The notes under the pieces were generated by a model that was not told where the DNA came from, ran no database searches, and saw only the letters and a program-made list of their open reading frames with translations. Shown here piece after piece: positions 13,240-26,474 of a stretch of 64,000 nt of DNA. Within the stretch, counting starts at the first letter, position 1. The number at the start of each line of letters is the position of its first letter. The DNA is taken from contig OZ024752.1 of the NCBI GenBank assembly GCA_964016885.1, positions 25,668,001-25,732,000 on the forward strand. Reading direction: 5' to 3'. This DNA comes from Eledone cirrhosa (Eukaryota). A program made the translations under genes and the position numbers.

Positions 13240-13386
13240 GTATATGTATATCTAAATGTATATATATATATATGTATACCTATATATATATGTATATATA
13301 TGTATATCTATATATATATATGTATATATATGTATATCTATATATATATGTATATCTATATATATATGTATATATATGTATATCTC

Positions 13387-13418
<32 letters not shown>

Positions 13419-13430
13419 TGTATATATATG

Positions 13431-13461
<31 letters not shown>

Positions 13462-13834
13462 GTATATCTATATATATGTATATCTATATATATGTATATC
13501 TATATCTATATATATATATATGTATATCTATATATATGTATATCTATATCTATATATATATATATGTATATGTATATATATATGTATATGTATATCTATA
13601 TATATGTATATGTATATATATATGTATATGTATATATATATATGTATATATATATATGTATATATATATGTATATGTATATATATATGTATATATGTATA
13701 TATATATGTATATGTATATGTATATGTATATCTCTATATATATGTATATGTATGTATATATATGTGTATATGTATATGTATATGTATATATGTATATGTA
13801 TATCTATATATATGTATATATATATATGTATATG
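12787..13834. repeat. (TA)n/(TATG)/(TATC) microsatellite
   Basis: Direct reading. Confidence 0.96.
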
Positions 13835-14513
13835 CAATTAAGTTAAAGATGTACATCCATATATGTATACTGAAATACTAGTATGTATATGAATACACAC
13901 ACGTATACATATGTAGATGTACCAAGTTTTTTCACTGGTCACTTTACTGTGAGTGGCCAGCTATTCTGTATGTAAACACACAGACAAACCGGTTTTTAGA
14001 GTCATACTGGTTTTTGAGGAAACACCTTTCCTCTATTCTCCAGAAAGCCAGACAAGGAATATTGAACTAGTTTCGTTGTTGTTACAACTCATCAGCAATA
14101 TTTACCTATCTTCCGGCCTCTCTAGAGAATCGTAAAAGCACATATCGTTATATGCTTTTTCTATGAAAATTAGTAGTGGGCAGACTAATTTGCATAGAGT
14201 GTGAGTAAGTACCGGTTCAACGGGGACGATAAAAACAAATAACGAAACGAAATTAAATTTCGCTTCGTTTGTAACTCACTTTTGTATGTCTGACGCTTAA
14301 ACAATTAAGTTAAAGATGTACATCCATATATGTATACTGAAATACTAGTATGTATATGAATACACACACGTATACATATGTAGATGTACCAAGTTTTTTC
14401 ACTGGTCACTTTACTGTGAGTGGCCAGCTATTCTGTATGTAAACACACAGACAAACCGGTTTTTAGAGTCATACTGGTTTTTGAGGAAACACCTTTCCTC
14501 TATTCTCCAGAAA
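13835..14513 (-). mobile_element. ORF-less ~1.45-mer tandem unit (period 467 bp) with HHR; PLE pLTR / retrozyme-like
   Basis: 13835-14046 is repeated exactly at 14302-14513, with an HHR between the copies and (TA)n on both sides. Confidence 0.75.
14058..14102 (-). ncRNA. Minimal hammerhead ribozyme
   Basis: Reverse complement: aatattg-CTGATGA-gttg taacaa caac-GAAA-ctag-TT-caatatt, with a 7-bp perfect stem I. Confidence 0.85.
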
Positions 14514-14837
14514 TCTATATATATGTATATATATGTATATGTATATCTATATATATATGTATATCTATATATATATGTATATGTATATGTATATCTATAT
14601 ATAAATGTATATGTATATATATATGTATATCTATATATGTATATGTATATTTATATATATATATATGTATATGTATATCTATATATATGTATATGTATAT
14701 CTATATATATATGTATATGTATATCTATATATATATGTATATGTATATATATATGTATATCTATATATATGTATATGTATATCTATATATGTATATGTAT
14801 ATATATATGTATATATATATGTATATCTATATATATA

Positions 14838-16582
14838 TCATCATCATCATCATCATCATCACCGTTTTACGTCCGTTCTTCCACGCTAGCATGGGTTAGA
14901 CGGGTTGTCCTGTTGTGGGCAGTGTCTGGTCGGCTGACCATGCCTTGCTCATACAGGAACTGATTTGGCTTGGTTTCCACAGCTGGATGCCCTTCCTAAC
15001 ACCAACCTCATTTACAGTGAGTGCTGGGTACTTTTTTCCGTGGTGCCTACACGTCCACTTTACAGTGTGGGCTGGGTGCTTTTTTTTCCGTGGCACCTCC
15101 ACGACCACCTTGCGGTGGGGGGTGTGGGGGCATATTGTCTATATGCTTCAGCTTGTACCCATGGGAGGTCGGGTACTCTGTATTACTGCGTGACGCCAGA
15201 AGTCACGGTCGTGTGTCATTGTCTTTGAGAGGTGTAATTGGGTAAGGTCGGCTTTCATCACCTCATCCCAGGTCATCTTGGGTCTCCCCACTCCGCGGTT
15301 TCCATCAACTTCTAGTGCTCTTCACCTTTTTATGCAGCTATCATCATTCATACGCATCACATGTCCATACCAGCGCAACCGCCTCTCTTGCACACAGCAT
15401 TTGATTCCTCTTATGCTCAGTCTCTCTCTCAATTCATTTATGCTTTGTCGTTCACGTATATTATTGTTACACATCCATCGGAGCATGCAGGCTTCGTTTC
15501 TCTCTAATCTACGTAAGTCTTCCACCTTCAGCGCCCAGGTCTCGCTACCATGCAACATCGCTGTTCGGATACACGCATCATACAGTCTGCCTTTCATTCT
15601 GAGGGAGAAGCCTTTTGCAGCTAGCAGTGGTAGTAGTTCCCTAAACTTCTTCCATCTCGTTCTTACCCTAGTTATTGCACTTTCTGAACACCCACCTCCG
15701 TTGCTAATTCGGTCATCTAGGTAGCAGAAGCTGTCAACTGTTTCTACAGGGCCCTCCCAGAGATTGGTGGTACTTGTTTCCTGTGGCTGTTTGCTGTTTG
15801 CTGTCTCAGCACAGCTGCTGCATGTGAATCCTACATTCTTAATTAAGCTTCCTGAGATCCCGCTACATCTCTTGTGTACCCATTGTTTGCATTTGGGGCA
15901 GAGAATGGAGTTCCTACCTACACCTTTCCTACATACTGAGCAAGGCCATTTCCCTGAGGGGATCTGGGTTCTGTTTTCTCATCTACTTACAAGGACCTTA
16001 GTCTTTGTCATGTTGACTTTGAGACCCTTTCTTTCTAGTCCCTGCTTCCAAGTTTGGAATTTCTTCTCTAGTTCTACCATAGATTCAGCTATGAGTGCGA
16101 GGTCATCAGCATACAGGAGTTCCCATGGGCATCCGGTCTTAAACTCCTCCGTTATTGCCTGCAGGACTATGATGAACAGGAGAGGGCTAAGAACAGAGCC
16201 CTGGTGGACCCCAACCTGTACGCTAAATTCCTCGCTATACTCATCGCTAATCTTAACTTTGCTGACTGCTCCCCTATACATGGCTTGTACCGCTTTCACA
16301 AGCCATTCATCTACTCCTAGTTTTCTAAGAGCCCACCAGATTACAGAACGTGGAACTCTGTCAAAGGCTTTCTCAAGGTCGACAAATGCCAAGTAGAGTG
16401 GCTTACTTTTAGCTAGGTACTTTTCCTGTAATTGCCTCACAAGGAAGAGGGCATCAGTGGTGCCTCTCCCTGGTACAAACCCAAATTGCATCTCGTCTAT
16501 TTTCACCCGGTCCCTAATCAGCTGTGCAATAACTCTTTCTGTTACTTTCATGACCTGGTCCATCAACTTTATACCTCTATAG
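14838..16582 (-). mobile_element. RTE-clade LINE 3' fragment with (GAT)n tail
   Basis: RT motifs in ORF 15979-16671 (LLYADDL), KGRLY..C.RTAMLHGSETW, RLRWYGHV. (CAT)n at 14838-14860. 5' end abuts (TA)n. Confidence 0.92.
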
Positions 16583-16584
16583 TG

Positions 16585-16615
<31 letters not shown>

Positions 16616-16892
16616 ATACTTGTATATATACATGTATATATATATGCATGTATATACTTGTATATATACATGTATATACTTTATACCTCTATAGTGTATA
16701 TATATATATATACATGTATATATATATACATGTATATATATATATATACATGTATATGTATATGTATATCTATATATATATGTATATGTATATATATATG
16801 TATATCTATATATATATGTATATCTATATATATATGTATATCTATATATATATATGTATATCTATATATATATGTATATCTATATATATATG

Positions 16893-17165
16893 ACTTTAGT
16901 GAAAGACCCAGACAAGATCTTCTGCCAGTTATTGCTGGGAAGGTTGTTGGGGAGCAGATTCCTCAAACACTCCTTTCATCTGCTCCTGTCAAAAGTAACC
17001 ATCTCCAATAGATCCAGCTGGATTCCTCAAGCATGACTAGCCAAGCTAATGGATGTTATCCCAGCCATCTTTTTGGGGTGGGTCTAGCTCTGGGTCTCCT
17101 GTCGATTGGTTTTGCTAGACAAGATGCTTTGATAATATTCAGTTGTGTTTTTGGTAACAGGAATC
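16893..17165 (-). mobile_element. Degenerate LINE 3' fragment (RTE-like C-terminus)
   Basis: Frame reads ..LAKPIDRRPRARPTPKRWL, resembling the G.RP.GRP..RW motif. Confidence 0.4.
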
Positions 17166-17278
17166 CCGTCAAAAAGTTTATTACATTGGAAACAGAAATA
17201 GCAAAAATTGGGAGGTTTTTCTCAAATAAAACTAATTGCCATTTTAACACATATTTCATGTTGTGTTGTGTAATATAC

Positions 17279-17468
17279 ATAATTGTTTCTACTTTTGGCA
17301 CAAGGCCAGCAATCAACCAGTGCATTACTGGTACTTTATTTTATCGACCCCGTAAGGGTGAAAGGAAAAGTTAACCTTGGCGAGATTTGAACTCAGAATG
17401 GCAAGGGCCGTAACTCTATACGTCAAAGCATGGCATCCGACCCTCTACCGATACTGCCAATCCACCAC
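17279..17468 (-). mobile_element. tRNA-derived SINE (family A, ATT tail)
   Basis: A-box-like tggcagtatcggtagag, B-box gagttcaaat, core gcctttcatcc..ggggtcgataaaataaagtacc. At least 8 copies in the window. Confidence 0.85.
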
Positions 17469-18032
17469 ATAATAATTGATAACTATTTCACATGTGGTAC
17501 TTACCATAATCATAACTACTTAACATGTGGTACTTAGCATGGTCAACTTTTATCCATTCTAGGTCGATAAAAAAATACCAGTTTAGTATGGGGCCAATTT
17601 AATCGACTCCCTCTCCCACAAAACAAAACAAACAAAACAAACAAAATAAAAATAAATTGCTGGCCTTGTGTCTAAATCAGAAAACATTATTGATATTGTT
17701 TATGCTATATATTCTCTTTTTCTTCCAGATTCCATGCAAAAATTAAAAGCAACAACAAAGAAATACAATGAAAAATTCCCTCCAAATACACCTTTCCTCT
17801 GAAGTCAATTAAGCTTACCTCACTTATAACCCCCCCCCCCCAAAAAAAAAATAGCTGCTGATTTGTTTTGTTTTTGTAATATTTGTCTGTATAGTTCTAT
17901 GGCTTACCCCTTTGTTTCTGACCAAAATATAAAATATGAAAGAAGAAAAAATGACACATACACACACATATGCCTTGTTGATACAGCAACACTACATGTA
18001 TATATACGCTTTATGCAAAATGCTTCTCTCCG

Positions 18033-18073
18033 GACTAAAACTGTTTCACTTGTTTGAAATCATCAGGAGTAGC
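18033..18073 (-). ncRNA. Degenerate hammerhead motif (same family as 25086-25125)
   Basis: Reverse complement: gctactc-CTGATGA-tttcaaacaagt-GAAA-cagttttagtc. Stems are weak. Confidence 0.45.
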
Positions 18074-18258
18074 TTATTTAATTGCAGTTATATATAAAAG
18101 TTAAACAAGGTTCAATGCATACATCAAAGAATGAGTTTTACAATAGATTGGAAGCACTCAACTGAAAAAAGGGTTTCCAGAGTTATTAATATGTATAATA
18201 AATATGTATAATAAAATATAATTGATCACAAGAATATCTATTTTGTTAATATTTTGAA

Positions 18259-18292
<34 letters not shown>

Positions 18293-18655
18293 TGTGTGTG
18301 TATGTATGTATATAATAAAGTTTTGTGAGCTATGTTCTTTTTTGGTAGAAGTGTTCTTGTTGGATGCCCGTCACCAACCACTTTACAGTGGAATGGGTAC
18401 ATTTTATCATGCCACCAGCACTAGAGGGGTTGTCTGTCTGGACTTCAGAGCACTGCTCTCCTTGATAGAAAAGTGGTTTTAAAAAGGATGATGTATGCAT
18501 ATATCTATATATATATATATTGAATTTATTGGCAACATGACCCTCCCAAAGTATAACAATATATATATATATATGACTATCCAGGAAGCTCCAACCCTTA
18601 AGGTTGTCTTTTTTCAGGATATGTCAATATTTATTTATAAAACTAATCTGTATTG

Positions 18656-18721
18656 TATTTTATCTGATGAAAGCGCACCATAATTTGCCTTGGTGGCCCT
18701 TGAAATATGTATAATAAAATA
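18656..18721 (+). ncRNA. Hammerhead ribozyme
   Basis: tattttat-CTGATGA-aagcgcacca..tggtggccctt-GAAA-tatgta-TA-ataaaata. Downstream flank is homologous to 43060-43095. Confidence 0.82.
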
Positions 18722-19225
18722 AATATAGTTTTATAAATATAGTTTCCATTTGTTAATATATTGTATGTATATATATATATCTATATGTATGTATATATAT
18801 AACAAAGAAAGTGTGGTAAGGAACCGGGTGGACCATAATGCACCAGAGTACTCGATACTAAGGGTAGTAGAGTGGGTAATAGGATCCAAGCTCAGTTTGG
18901 ATCTAGCTGTTGAAATGGCGGGAGCTCAGCCGTCGGAGTCCTGACTCTTTTCCTATATATATATATATATATAAATATATATGAGGAATTAAACAGCATT
19001 CTGGAATCTTGCAATGACGTAATCAATAACAGGATATAAGATTCCAGTATACTACCTTATTCTTCACTTTTATACAAAAACTCCATCGTACACAAATCTG
19101 CGTGATTATACCACAGTCTGGAAACTATAATATGTTGAGTGCTTAAACCTGCATACTCAAGTATTAATTGAGCAACAAGTACAATTGGGAAAGAATTACC
19201 AATTAACGAACATGTACAGACCAAA

Positions 19226-20302
19226 TCATCATCATCATCATCATCAACGTTTAACGTCCGTGTTCCACGCTTGCATGGGTTTGGACGGGGGTAGTCCCAC
19301 TTGAGGCAAGAGTGATTGTCTTGCTCGCATAGGACTGTCTGGCAGGTTTTCTACAGTTGGATGCCCTTCCTAACACCAACCACATTTACAGTGTGGGTCT
19401 GGGAGGTTTTTACCGTGTTGCCTACACGGCCACATTACAGCGTGGACTGTGTGTTTTTTTGTCGTGACACCTACACGATCTCATTTGTTTCGGCCTCGAT
19501 GGCGCGGCACCAACATAACTTTACATAGAACGGGGTGGTGTGGATGGGGTGGGGGTGGTGGTGGTGGGACGGGGTGTATTTTGTTAGAGATGCCTACTGG
19601 CTGGAGTACGTTTTACTATATATTTAGGTAAGGCGGGTCTTCTCTGTTACTGAGTACCGTCAAAGGTCTCGGTCCAGTGACATTGTCTTGGAGAGGTGTA
19701 AGTGTGTGATGTCGGAGTTTATCAGCTCGTCCCAGGTTTTTCTAGGTCTGCCTATTCCGTGACTACCGTCTATCTTTATTGCCCTGCACTTTGTTATACA
19801 GCTATCGACTTTCATGCGCATCACGTGTCCATACCAACGTAGCCTTCTCTCGAGTAAACAACATCTGATCCCTCTTATCTCTAATTTTTTCCTTAGTTCG
19901 TTTATGCTTTGCCGTTCACGTATATTACTGTTACACATCCAGCGGAGCATGCAAGCTTCGTTCCTCTCTAGTCTGCGTATATCCTCTGCACACAATGCCC
20001 AGGTCTCACTGCCATGCAGCATTGCTGTTCGTATGCAGGCATCGTACAACCTGCCTTTCATTTTTAGGGAGAACCCTTTAGCAGCTAATAGTGGTATAAG
20101 CTCTCTGAACTTTTTCCAACCAGTTCTGACTCTAGCTACAGTACTTTCAGAGCACCCTCCCCCACTGCTGATTTTATCGCCCAGGTAACGGAAGCTGTCC
20201 ACTATTTCTATAGAACCCTCTGCGCAATTGAAAGAGCTAGTATTTTGTGGGCACTTGCTGCTACTTATTGCACCAGAGCACCGGCCACATGTAAAATCTA
20301 TG
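19226..20302 (-). mobile_element. RTE-clade LINE 3' fragment with (GAT)n tail
   Basis: ORF 19660-20355 (FRYLGD, KGRLYDAC, RLRWYGHV, GRPRKTW) and (CAT)n at 19226-19245. Confidence 0.92.
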
Positions 20303-20341
20303 TATATATATATATATACATACATACATATATATATATAT

Positions 20342-20388
<47 letters not shown>

Positions 20389-20393
<5 letters not shown>

Positions 20394-20580
20394 ATACTTT
20401 GGGAGGGTCATGTTGCCAATAAGAAACACACGCACCAGTTGCTTTCACTTCAATTTATTATATATTTATAAATTTACAAATTTACAAACTTATAAATTTC
20501 TGGTTGGTTGGTTGGTTCTACAACCAGATAGTTGTTTATATATAGTCATAGTCCTTTCGTCACACACTCTGTGACCTCTT
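20389..20580 (-). mobile_element. LTR-like repeat fragment (inverted copy 63277-63459; terminus only at 18527-18559)
   Basis: Three homologous copies ending ...catgaccctcccaaagtatAACA, with an upstream TATA-like box and AATAAA. No PBS seen. Confidence 0.4.
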
Positions 20581-20729
20581 CAGTGACTGGGGATTCCTTT
20601 CCTTTGTTTCTGTGCCTTTCCTTTCTTCTATCCTACGCCATTTTGTTTCTGTGTGTGTGTTGTGTGCTCAGTTTGCGCATGCGCCACATCCGGGTGTCTG
20701 TGTGTGTTTGTGTTCATTTATCTATTTGT

Positions 20730-20762
<33 letters not shown>

Positions 20763-20769
20763 AGAAACG

Positions 20770-20831
<62 letters not shown>

Positions 20832-20901
20832 ATAACAACACAATCGGTACAGTATATGGAAGGTATATATTAGGTTAACGCTTGATATAGCAGGAAGAGA
20901 G

Positions 20902-20937
20902 TCTTAACGTTTCGGAGGCTAGTCTATCATCAGAAGA
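20902..20937 (-). ncRNA. Minimal hammerhead ribozyme
   Basis: Reverse complement: tctt-CTGATGA-tagactagcctcc-GAAA-cg-TT-aaga. Palindromic AACGTT stem III, weak stem II. Confidence 0.68.
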
Positions 20938-21028
20938 AAGAATGAGAAATAAAATAGATTGAGGAGATGGGCGGGTTTGAATTGGAAAAAATGTCTTTAG
21001 ATAAAAATAATAGGTCCATTCATGTTGA

Positions 21029-21295
21029 CATCATCATCATCATCATCCTCGTTTAACGTCTATTTTCCACGCTAGCATGGGTTAGATAGGAGTTGTCCCA
21101 CTTGAGGCAAGGTTGGTCGGGTGACCGTGTCTCGCTCATATAGGACTATCTGGCAGGTTTTCTACGGCTGGATGCCCTTCCTAACACCAACCACATTTAC
21201 AGTGTAGAACTGGGAACTTTTTACCGTGTTACCTACACGGCCACATTACAGCGTGGACTGTGTGTTTTTTTTCTCGTGACACCTACACGATCTCG
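21029..21295 (-). mobile_element. RTE 3'-UTR fragment or RTE-tailed SINE
   Basis: (CAT)n followed by sequence similar to 19226-19482 and 14838-15090. Confidence 0.8.
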
Positions 21296-22075
21296 ATCTT
21301 GCAAAACTGTTGGTGCTGGCGTTTTGTGTATGATTTGTTTTTTTAGAAAAGTGGATGATGCAGGCGTCTACCTGAAATGGAAAAAAAAACGTTTTGTAAA
21401 AAGAGCTATACTTGCGCACATGCGTAAGCATGAGTTTGTGTCTGAATGTGTGTGTCTTATTATAGGTCCGTACGAAGCTAAGAAGAAATGTGTGTGTATA
21501 TGTGAGTAAAAGAGTGTGTGTGCATATAAGTACGAAGCTATGAGCAAAAGTATGTTAATATAAGAGTGTGTATCGGCCTGTATTAGTAGTAAGAGAAGCT
21601 GCTAATGATCAAGAGAAAGCGATAGGAATTAAGGGGTGTGATAATGGACGGGGTATTAGAGAAATTGGGGAGGTGAGTTGAGTCCAAGAGGGGAATAGGA
21701 CCCAAGACGGTGAATCAGACTTTGTTCAGTCCTGGTGCGCGAGGCCTGTGATCCATGATGTAAAAGGACACCCGGGACTGAAACATGTAGGCAAGAATGA
21801 CCAGGAGAACAGAAATGACGAACGACAGGAGTATTTCTAATTAAGACTAGTAAGACCATTATTCAACTTAGTACTCCATACTTAAGGAAGGTAGAGTCTA
21901 ATTATTATTATAAAATAGACATGTTCTATAGTCAAGCTTATACTGATTTGATGGCAAATGGTATAAGCTTGACTATAGGGCATATCTATTCTATATTAAT
22001 ACTCCACGCTCCATCTTACCCATACTAGTGTGGATAATGGTCGTAAAACGCCGATGATCATTATGGTATATATTC

Positions 22076-22245
22076 AACAGTCGATCGACTTCCGTCAAAT
22101 CGGACCGAGGAAACAATGTTTCCATTGGTCTTTCCAATTGCTAATACTATCTATAAAGTGTCTTGCCCAAGAACACACTGCATCGCCCGGTTCGGGAATC
22201 AAACTCACAACCTCACGATTGCGAATCGGCCACGCGCCTTCACTA
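22076..22245 (-). mobile_element. tRNA-derived SINE (family B) fragment
   Basis: aagtgtcttgcccaagaacac...gggaatcaaactcacaacc. Similar to 40604-40731 and 26090-26195. Confidence 0.65.
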
Positions 22246-22819
22246 TGGTATATATATATATTCAAAATAGGACGAAGACAATGGAAAAAACAATGGAAAG
22301 ATGGACAGTCCCATCTCCTCAGTGAACCTTTGGAAATCAGTATAGTTTTGGTTCATTAAGGTTGATATTGTTCGTTCCAGTGCACATTGGAGGTAGAGAG
22401 AAGATTATATATATATACATATGCACTACAACCAAAAGTCTAAGGTGTGTTGCCTATGTTTTATCAGTATGTTGGTTGTCTTTATTGCTGCAATGTGTGA
22501 ATACATGTATAGACACATATGTATTATTTACCTGTTAATTTAGCCATTTATTAAAGGGGCAGTTTATGGTGGTGATGGTGATCTATAGAATATGTGCCAG
22601 TCAAGTCCTGAGGTTGATATGATTAACTTACTCCCACTTCACCCCCAGAATATTTCACTTTGTGCCTCTGATAGAAATCATTATATTTTCTCCTTGCACA
22701 AAAAATAAAGTACAAGCATGGGTGAGAAGGTTTTATAACACAGCTTCAATACCTTGGCTGGTTGAAATAATGTTTTCCTTGTACTGCTTACTAATTTTAA
22801 TTATTAGAACTGGTAGGGA

Positions 22820-24150
22820 GGGTGGTGGGTTAGCTAAGTTGTGAGAACATTGGACAGATACATAGTATTATTTTTTTGTGACTCTTAACATTCTGAGTTC
22901 AAATCATGTCAAGGTCAACTTTGCTTTTTCTTCTTTCAGGGTTGATAAAATAAAGTACCAGTCAAGTACTGGGGTCAATATAATCAACTTTATCCTCCTC
23001 TAAATTGCTGATCTTGTTCCTAAATCAGAAACCATTATTATTTGTGGGCTTAGATGTTAGAGCATTGGGCTTGCAATTGTGAGGTTGTCAGTTTGATTTC
23101 CAGACCAGGTGATATGTTGTGTCCTTGAGCAAGACACTTTATTTTACATTGCTCCAGTTTATTCAGCTGTAGAAATGAGTTGTTATGTCACTGGTGCCAA
23201 GCTGTATAGGCTATTGCCTTATCCTTGGACAACATTGGTGGCATGGAGAGGGGAGACTGGTATGCATGGGTGACTGCTTCTGGTCTTCCACAAACAACCT
23301 TACTAAGACTTGTGCCTCAGGGGGAACTTTCTAAATACAAATCCCATGCTTATTCGTGATTGACGGTGGTCTTATGTCTTTAATGATAGTAATGATAAAA
23401 TATGGTAATTTGATGTGGTGGTTGTGTGGAGAAAGAAGTCTAATGCTGAACTAGTTTCATTCATTCCCCGACTTGCTAACATCTCAGATCTCATATTTGT
23501 ACTTCATCTTTCCATTGAGAGGATAAGTAGATAATACACTGGTTTCTGATTTAGGCACAAGGCCAGCAATTCTGAGGGAGTTGGAAAGTTGATTAAATTG
23601 ACCCTAGTGCTTTATTTTATTGACCCTGTAAGGAGGAAATGCAAAGGTAATATTGGTAGGATTTGAACTCAGAACATAAAGAGCCATAACTATGCTGCAA
23701 TGCATGCTGTCCGACGCTCTACCGAGACTGCCAATTCAGTAATATACTGCTATCAGTAATGTCCTGAGGAGATTATTTCAGTCAATCCACTGCCCTTCCA
23801 CTGTCTTAATAATAATAATAACAAGGAGGATTTCTAATTTAAGTACATGGCCAGAATTTAAACATAAATCTATTGACTGATATATAATTATAATTTAGCA
23901 GCATATTATCCACTGAGTGACTCATTTTTTCCTCGAGTAACGTCGGTTACTACCGCTGGTGGATTGGCAGTATCGGTAGAAGGTCGGACGCCATGCTTAG
24001 CAGCAAAGAGTTACGGCCCTTTATGGCCTGACTTCAAATCCCGCCGAGGTTAACTTTGCCTTTCATCCTTACGGGATCGATAAAATAAAGTACCAGTAAT
24101 GCACTGGGGGTAATTGCGGGTCCTTGTGCCAAAAGTAGAAACAATTATTA
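22820..24150. mobile_element. Cluster of SINEs (family A + at 22820-23042, family B + at ~23045-23380, family A - at 23540-23740, family A + at 23955-24150)
   Basis: Repeated SINE head, core and tail motifs. Confidence 0.75.
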
Positions 24151-25085
24151 TAAAAGAAGGGTTGTTTCTCTGTCAGTCACACTTATATTCCTATAGGACT
24201 GTAGAAGTGAACAGGGGAGACAATACTTTGTGTCTTTAATTGACAAAAGGGAGATAACTTATGCTATGCTTATAGTTTATTGCAAGCTTAAGAAGCTATA
24301 TGAAGAGGAGGGGGGGGGGATTTAAGCAAACAATTTTGCTTTCACCCCCAAAGATCCCGCTTTAGGCTGGAAGCAGAAATATTTTGCTTAACCTTTTAAT
24401 ATATATATAAATAAATATATATATATGTGTGTGTGTTCTCTTCTCTTTACCCGTAAGTCCTGATAGAGTCATAGGGCCTTAACTCTCTGCCGGGAAGCAG
24501 GTTGTCCGACGCTCTACCGATACTACCAATCCACCGCCATATCTTATAATTTTTAATATTCTCCCCTGTAGATTCTTCAAGATGGCAGAACTATCTTCAA
24601 AAGAATCGTTGTTTTGTTCCAATACTATTGATGCACACGCTAGTCTGGTTAATCTATTCTAAAGATCAGATTCTCTTGTTAGCATCCTGTCTATCTATCT
24701 GTCTGTATGCCCCTTCTATTTTGGTGTACACTCTCTGCCCCTTTTCAACGTAGACAAACGTACTTTAACAGACAATATAACCTTGCATAAACCACATATG
24801 CATATAGAAACGCAGATACATAAACGCACACACACAAAAACATGCATACGTCTATAAACACAGACCAGACATATGTTTATACACACAGACGCAAGCACAA
24901 AAAGGTCAGACAGATGACGCTTATATATTTATGTAGGTTTTTTGTGTTCACACACACACACACACACACATATTTATGTTAATCCCGGGTTCAATCGGGG
25001 GTAACCACAGTAAGTAATATTTATACTCTGCTAGGGGGTAACCATAGCAGAGTATAAATATATAATATAGAAATGGTTTCTACAG

Positions 25086-25125
25086 GACTAGAAGTGTTTC
25101 ATTCGGGAGAAATCATCAGGTAGCC
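25086..25125 (-). ncRNA. Hammerhead motif in a small fold-back cassette (25070-25290)
   Basis: Reverse complement: ggctac-CTGATGA-tttctcccgaat-GAAA-cacttctagtc. Inverted copy at 25241-25290 has CCGATGA. Perfect palindrome at 25200-25237. Confidence 0.55.
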
Positions 25126-25285
25126 GACTGTCCAAGTAATATGGTGGTATTTATACATTTTCTGATGGTAGGAGAGGGTGGTGATTGGGATGGGTAGAAG
25201 TCATTGGTTGATGGATTTAAATCCATCAACCAATGACCTCCCGATGATTTCTCCCGAATGAAACAGTTCTAGTCTTGTAGAAGCC

Positions 25286-25385
<100 letters not shown>

Positions 25386-25959
25386 AAGTGGTAAGGAACC
25401 AGATGGACCATAACGCACCAAAGTACTCAATACTTAGGATAGTAGAGTGGGTAATAGGAACGAGTAGGACCCCGAATTAACCGTCGAAACGGCTTGAGCT
25501 CAGCCGCCGGAGTCCTACTCGTTTCTCTCTCTATATATAGTAGTAATAGTTTGGTGAAGATATCCAAAATACATAGCAACTCAAGTCTGTTGGGCAAGTT
25601 TTCATCGCCAAAAGTCGAACAAGTTAGTCCTCCGGGCTAACGAAACGTATGTACCTGGTATAGTGCTGCTGTATGTATGCATGTGTGTGTGTGAGTATAT
25701 GTATGCATATATGAGTGTGTGTGCGTGTATGTATCTATGCATATATGTGTGTGTACGTGTTTGTGTATATGTGTGCATATATGTGTGTGTACGTGTTTGT
25801 GTATATGTGTGCGTGTGTGTGTGTATATGTATATATGTATATATGTATTTATGTATGTATGTGTGCGTGTGTGTGTATATGTATATAAGTATGAATGCAT
25901 ATATATATGTGCATGTACATTCATATGTATATATATTACGCGTGCGTGTATGTATTGTA

Positions 25960-26195
25960 TCTAGAGAGACCCCCTCCAAGGCATAAGACCCGAGTAAGGT
26001 GGTTTTGTGGAAGACCAGCCATTGATGTTGTCCAAGGGTAAAGTAATGAGACCAGCAACGTTACGATTGAGACGTCTGGGTGGACTGGAGTAACGTGAAA
26101 TAAAGTGTCTTGTTGAAGGACACACCGCATTGCTCGGTCTGGGAATCGAATTCACAACCTCATGGCTATGAATCCAACTCACTAACTACTAAGCC
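25960..26195 (-). mobile_element. tRNA-derived SINE (family B)
   Basis: Minus strand begins tgtggcttagtagttag...ggttgtgaattcgattccc (A and B boxes). Confidence 0.72.
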
Positions 26196-26257
26196 ACACA
26201 CACGAACACACGCACACATATATATATAGGTAGATACACACACACACACACACACAT

Positions 26258-26315
<58 letters not shown>

Positions 26316-26474
26316 GATAACAAAATATCGTTATAGGTAATTCAATTAGAGGTTGTGAATACTTCTTATTATGTATAGTTTTAGCGTACGGCGTTGCTTG
26401 ACTCAACAAGAGGTTTACGTAGATGACGAGTTTATAATTTCACTTATAACTATGTAAGTTTATCTTGGAGTAAT

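Larger units (their letters stand above)
20830..21835 (-). mobile_element. Penelope-like element 3' fragment (GIY-YIG C-terminus, 3' UTR, HHR), interrupted by an RTE-tail element
   Basis: TPVVRHFCSPGH...RTRTEQSLIHRLGSYSPLGLN is the typical PLE GIY-YIG C-terminus. HHR lies downstream on the same strand. Confidence 0.78.

Noticed and set aside
24572-24662. Possible exon after ctcccctgtAG
   Set aside because: Short frames with early stops, no donor site and no recognisable protein.
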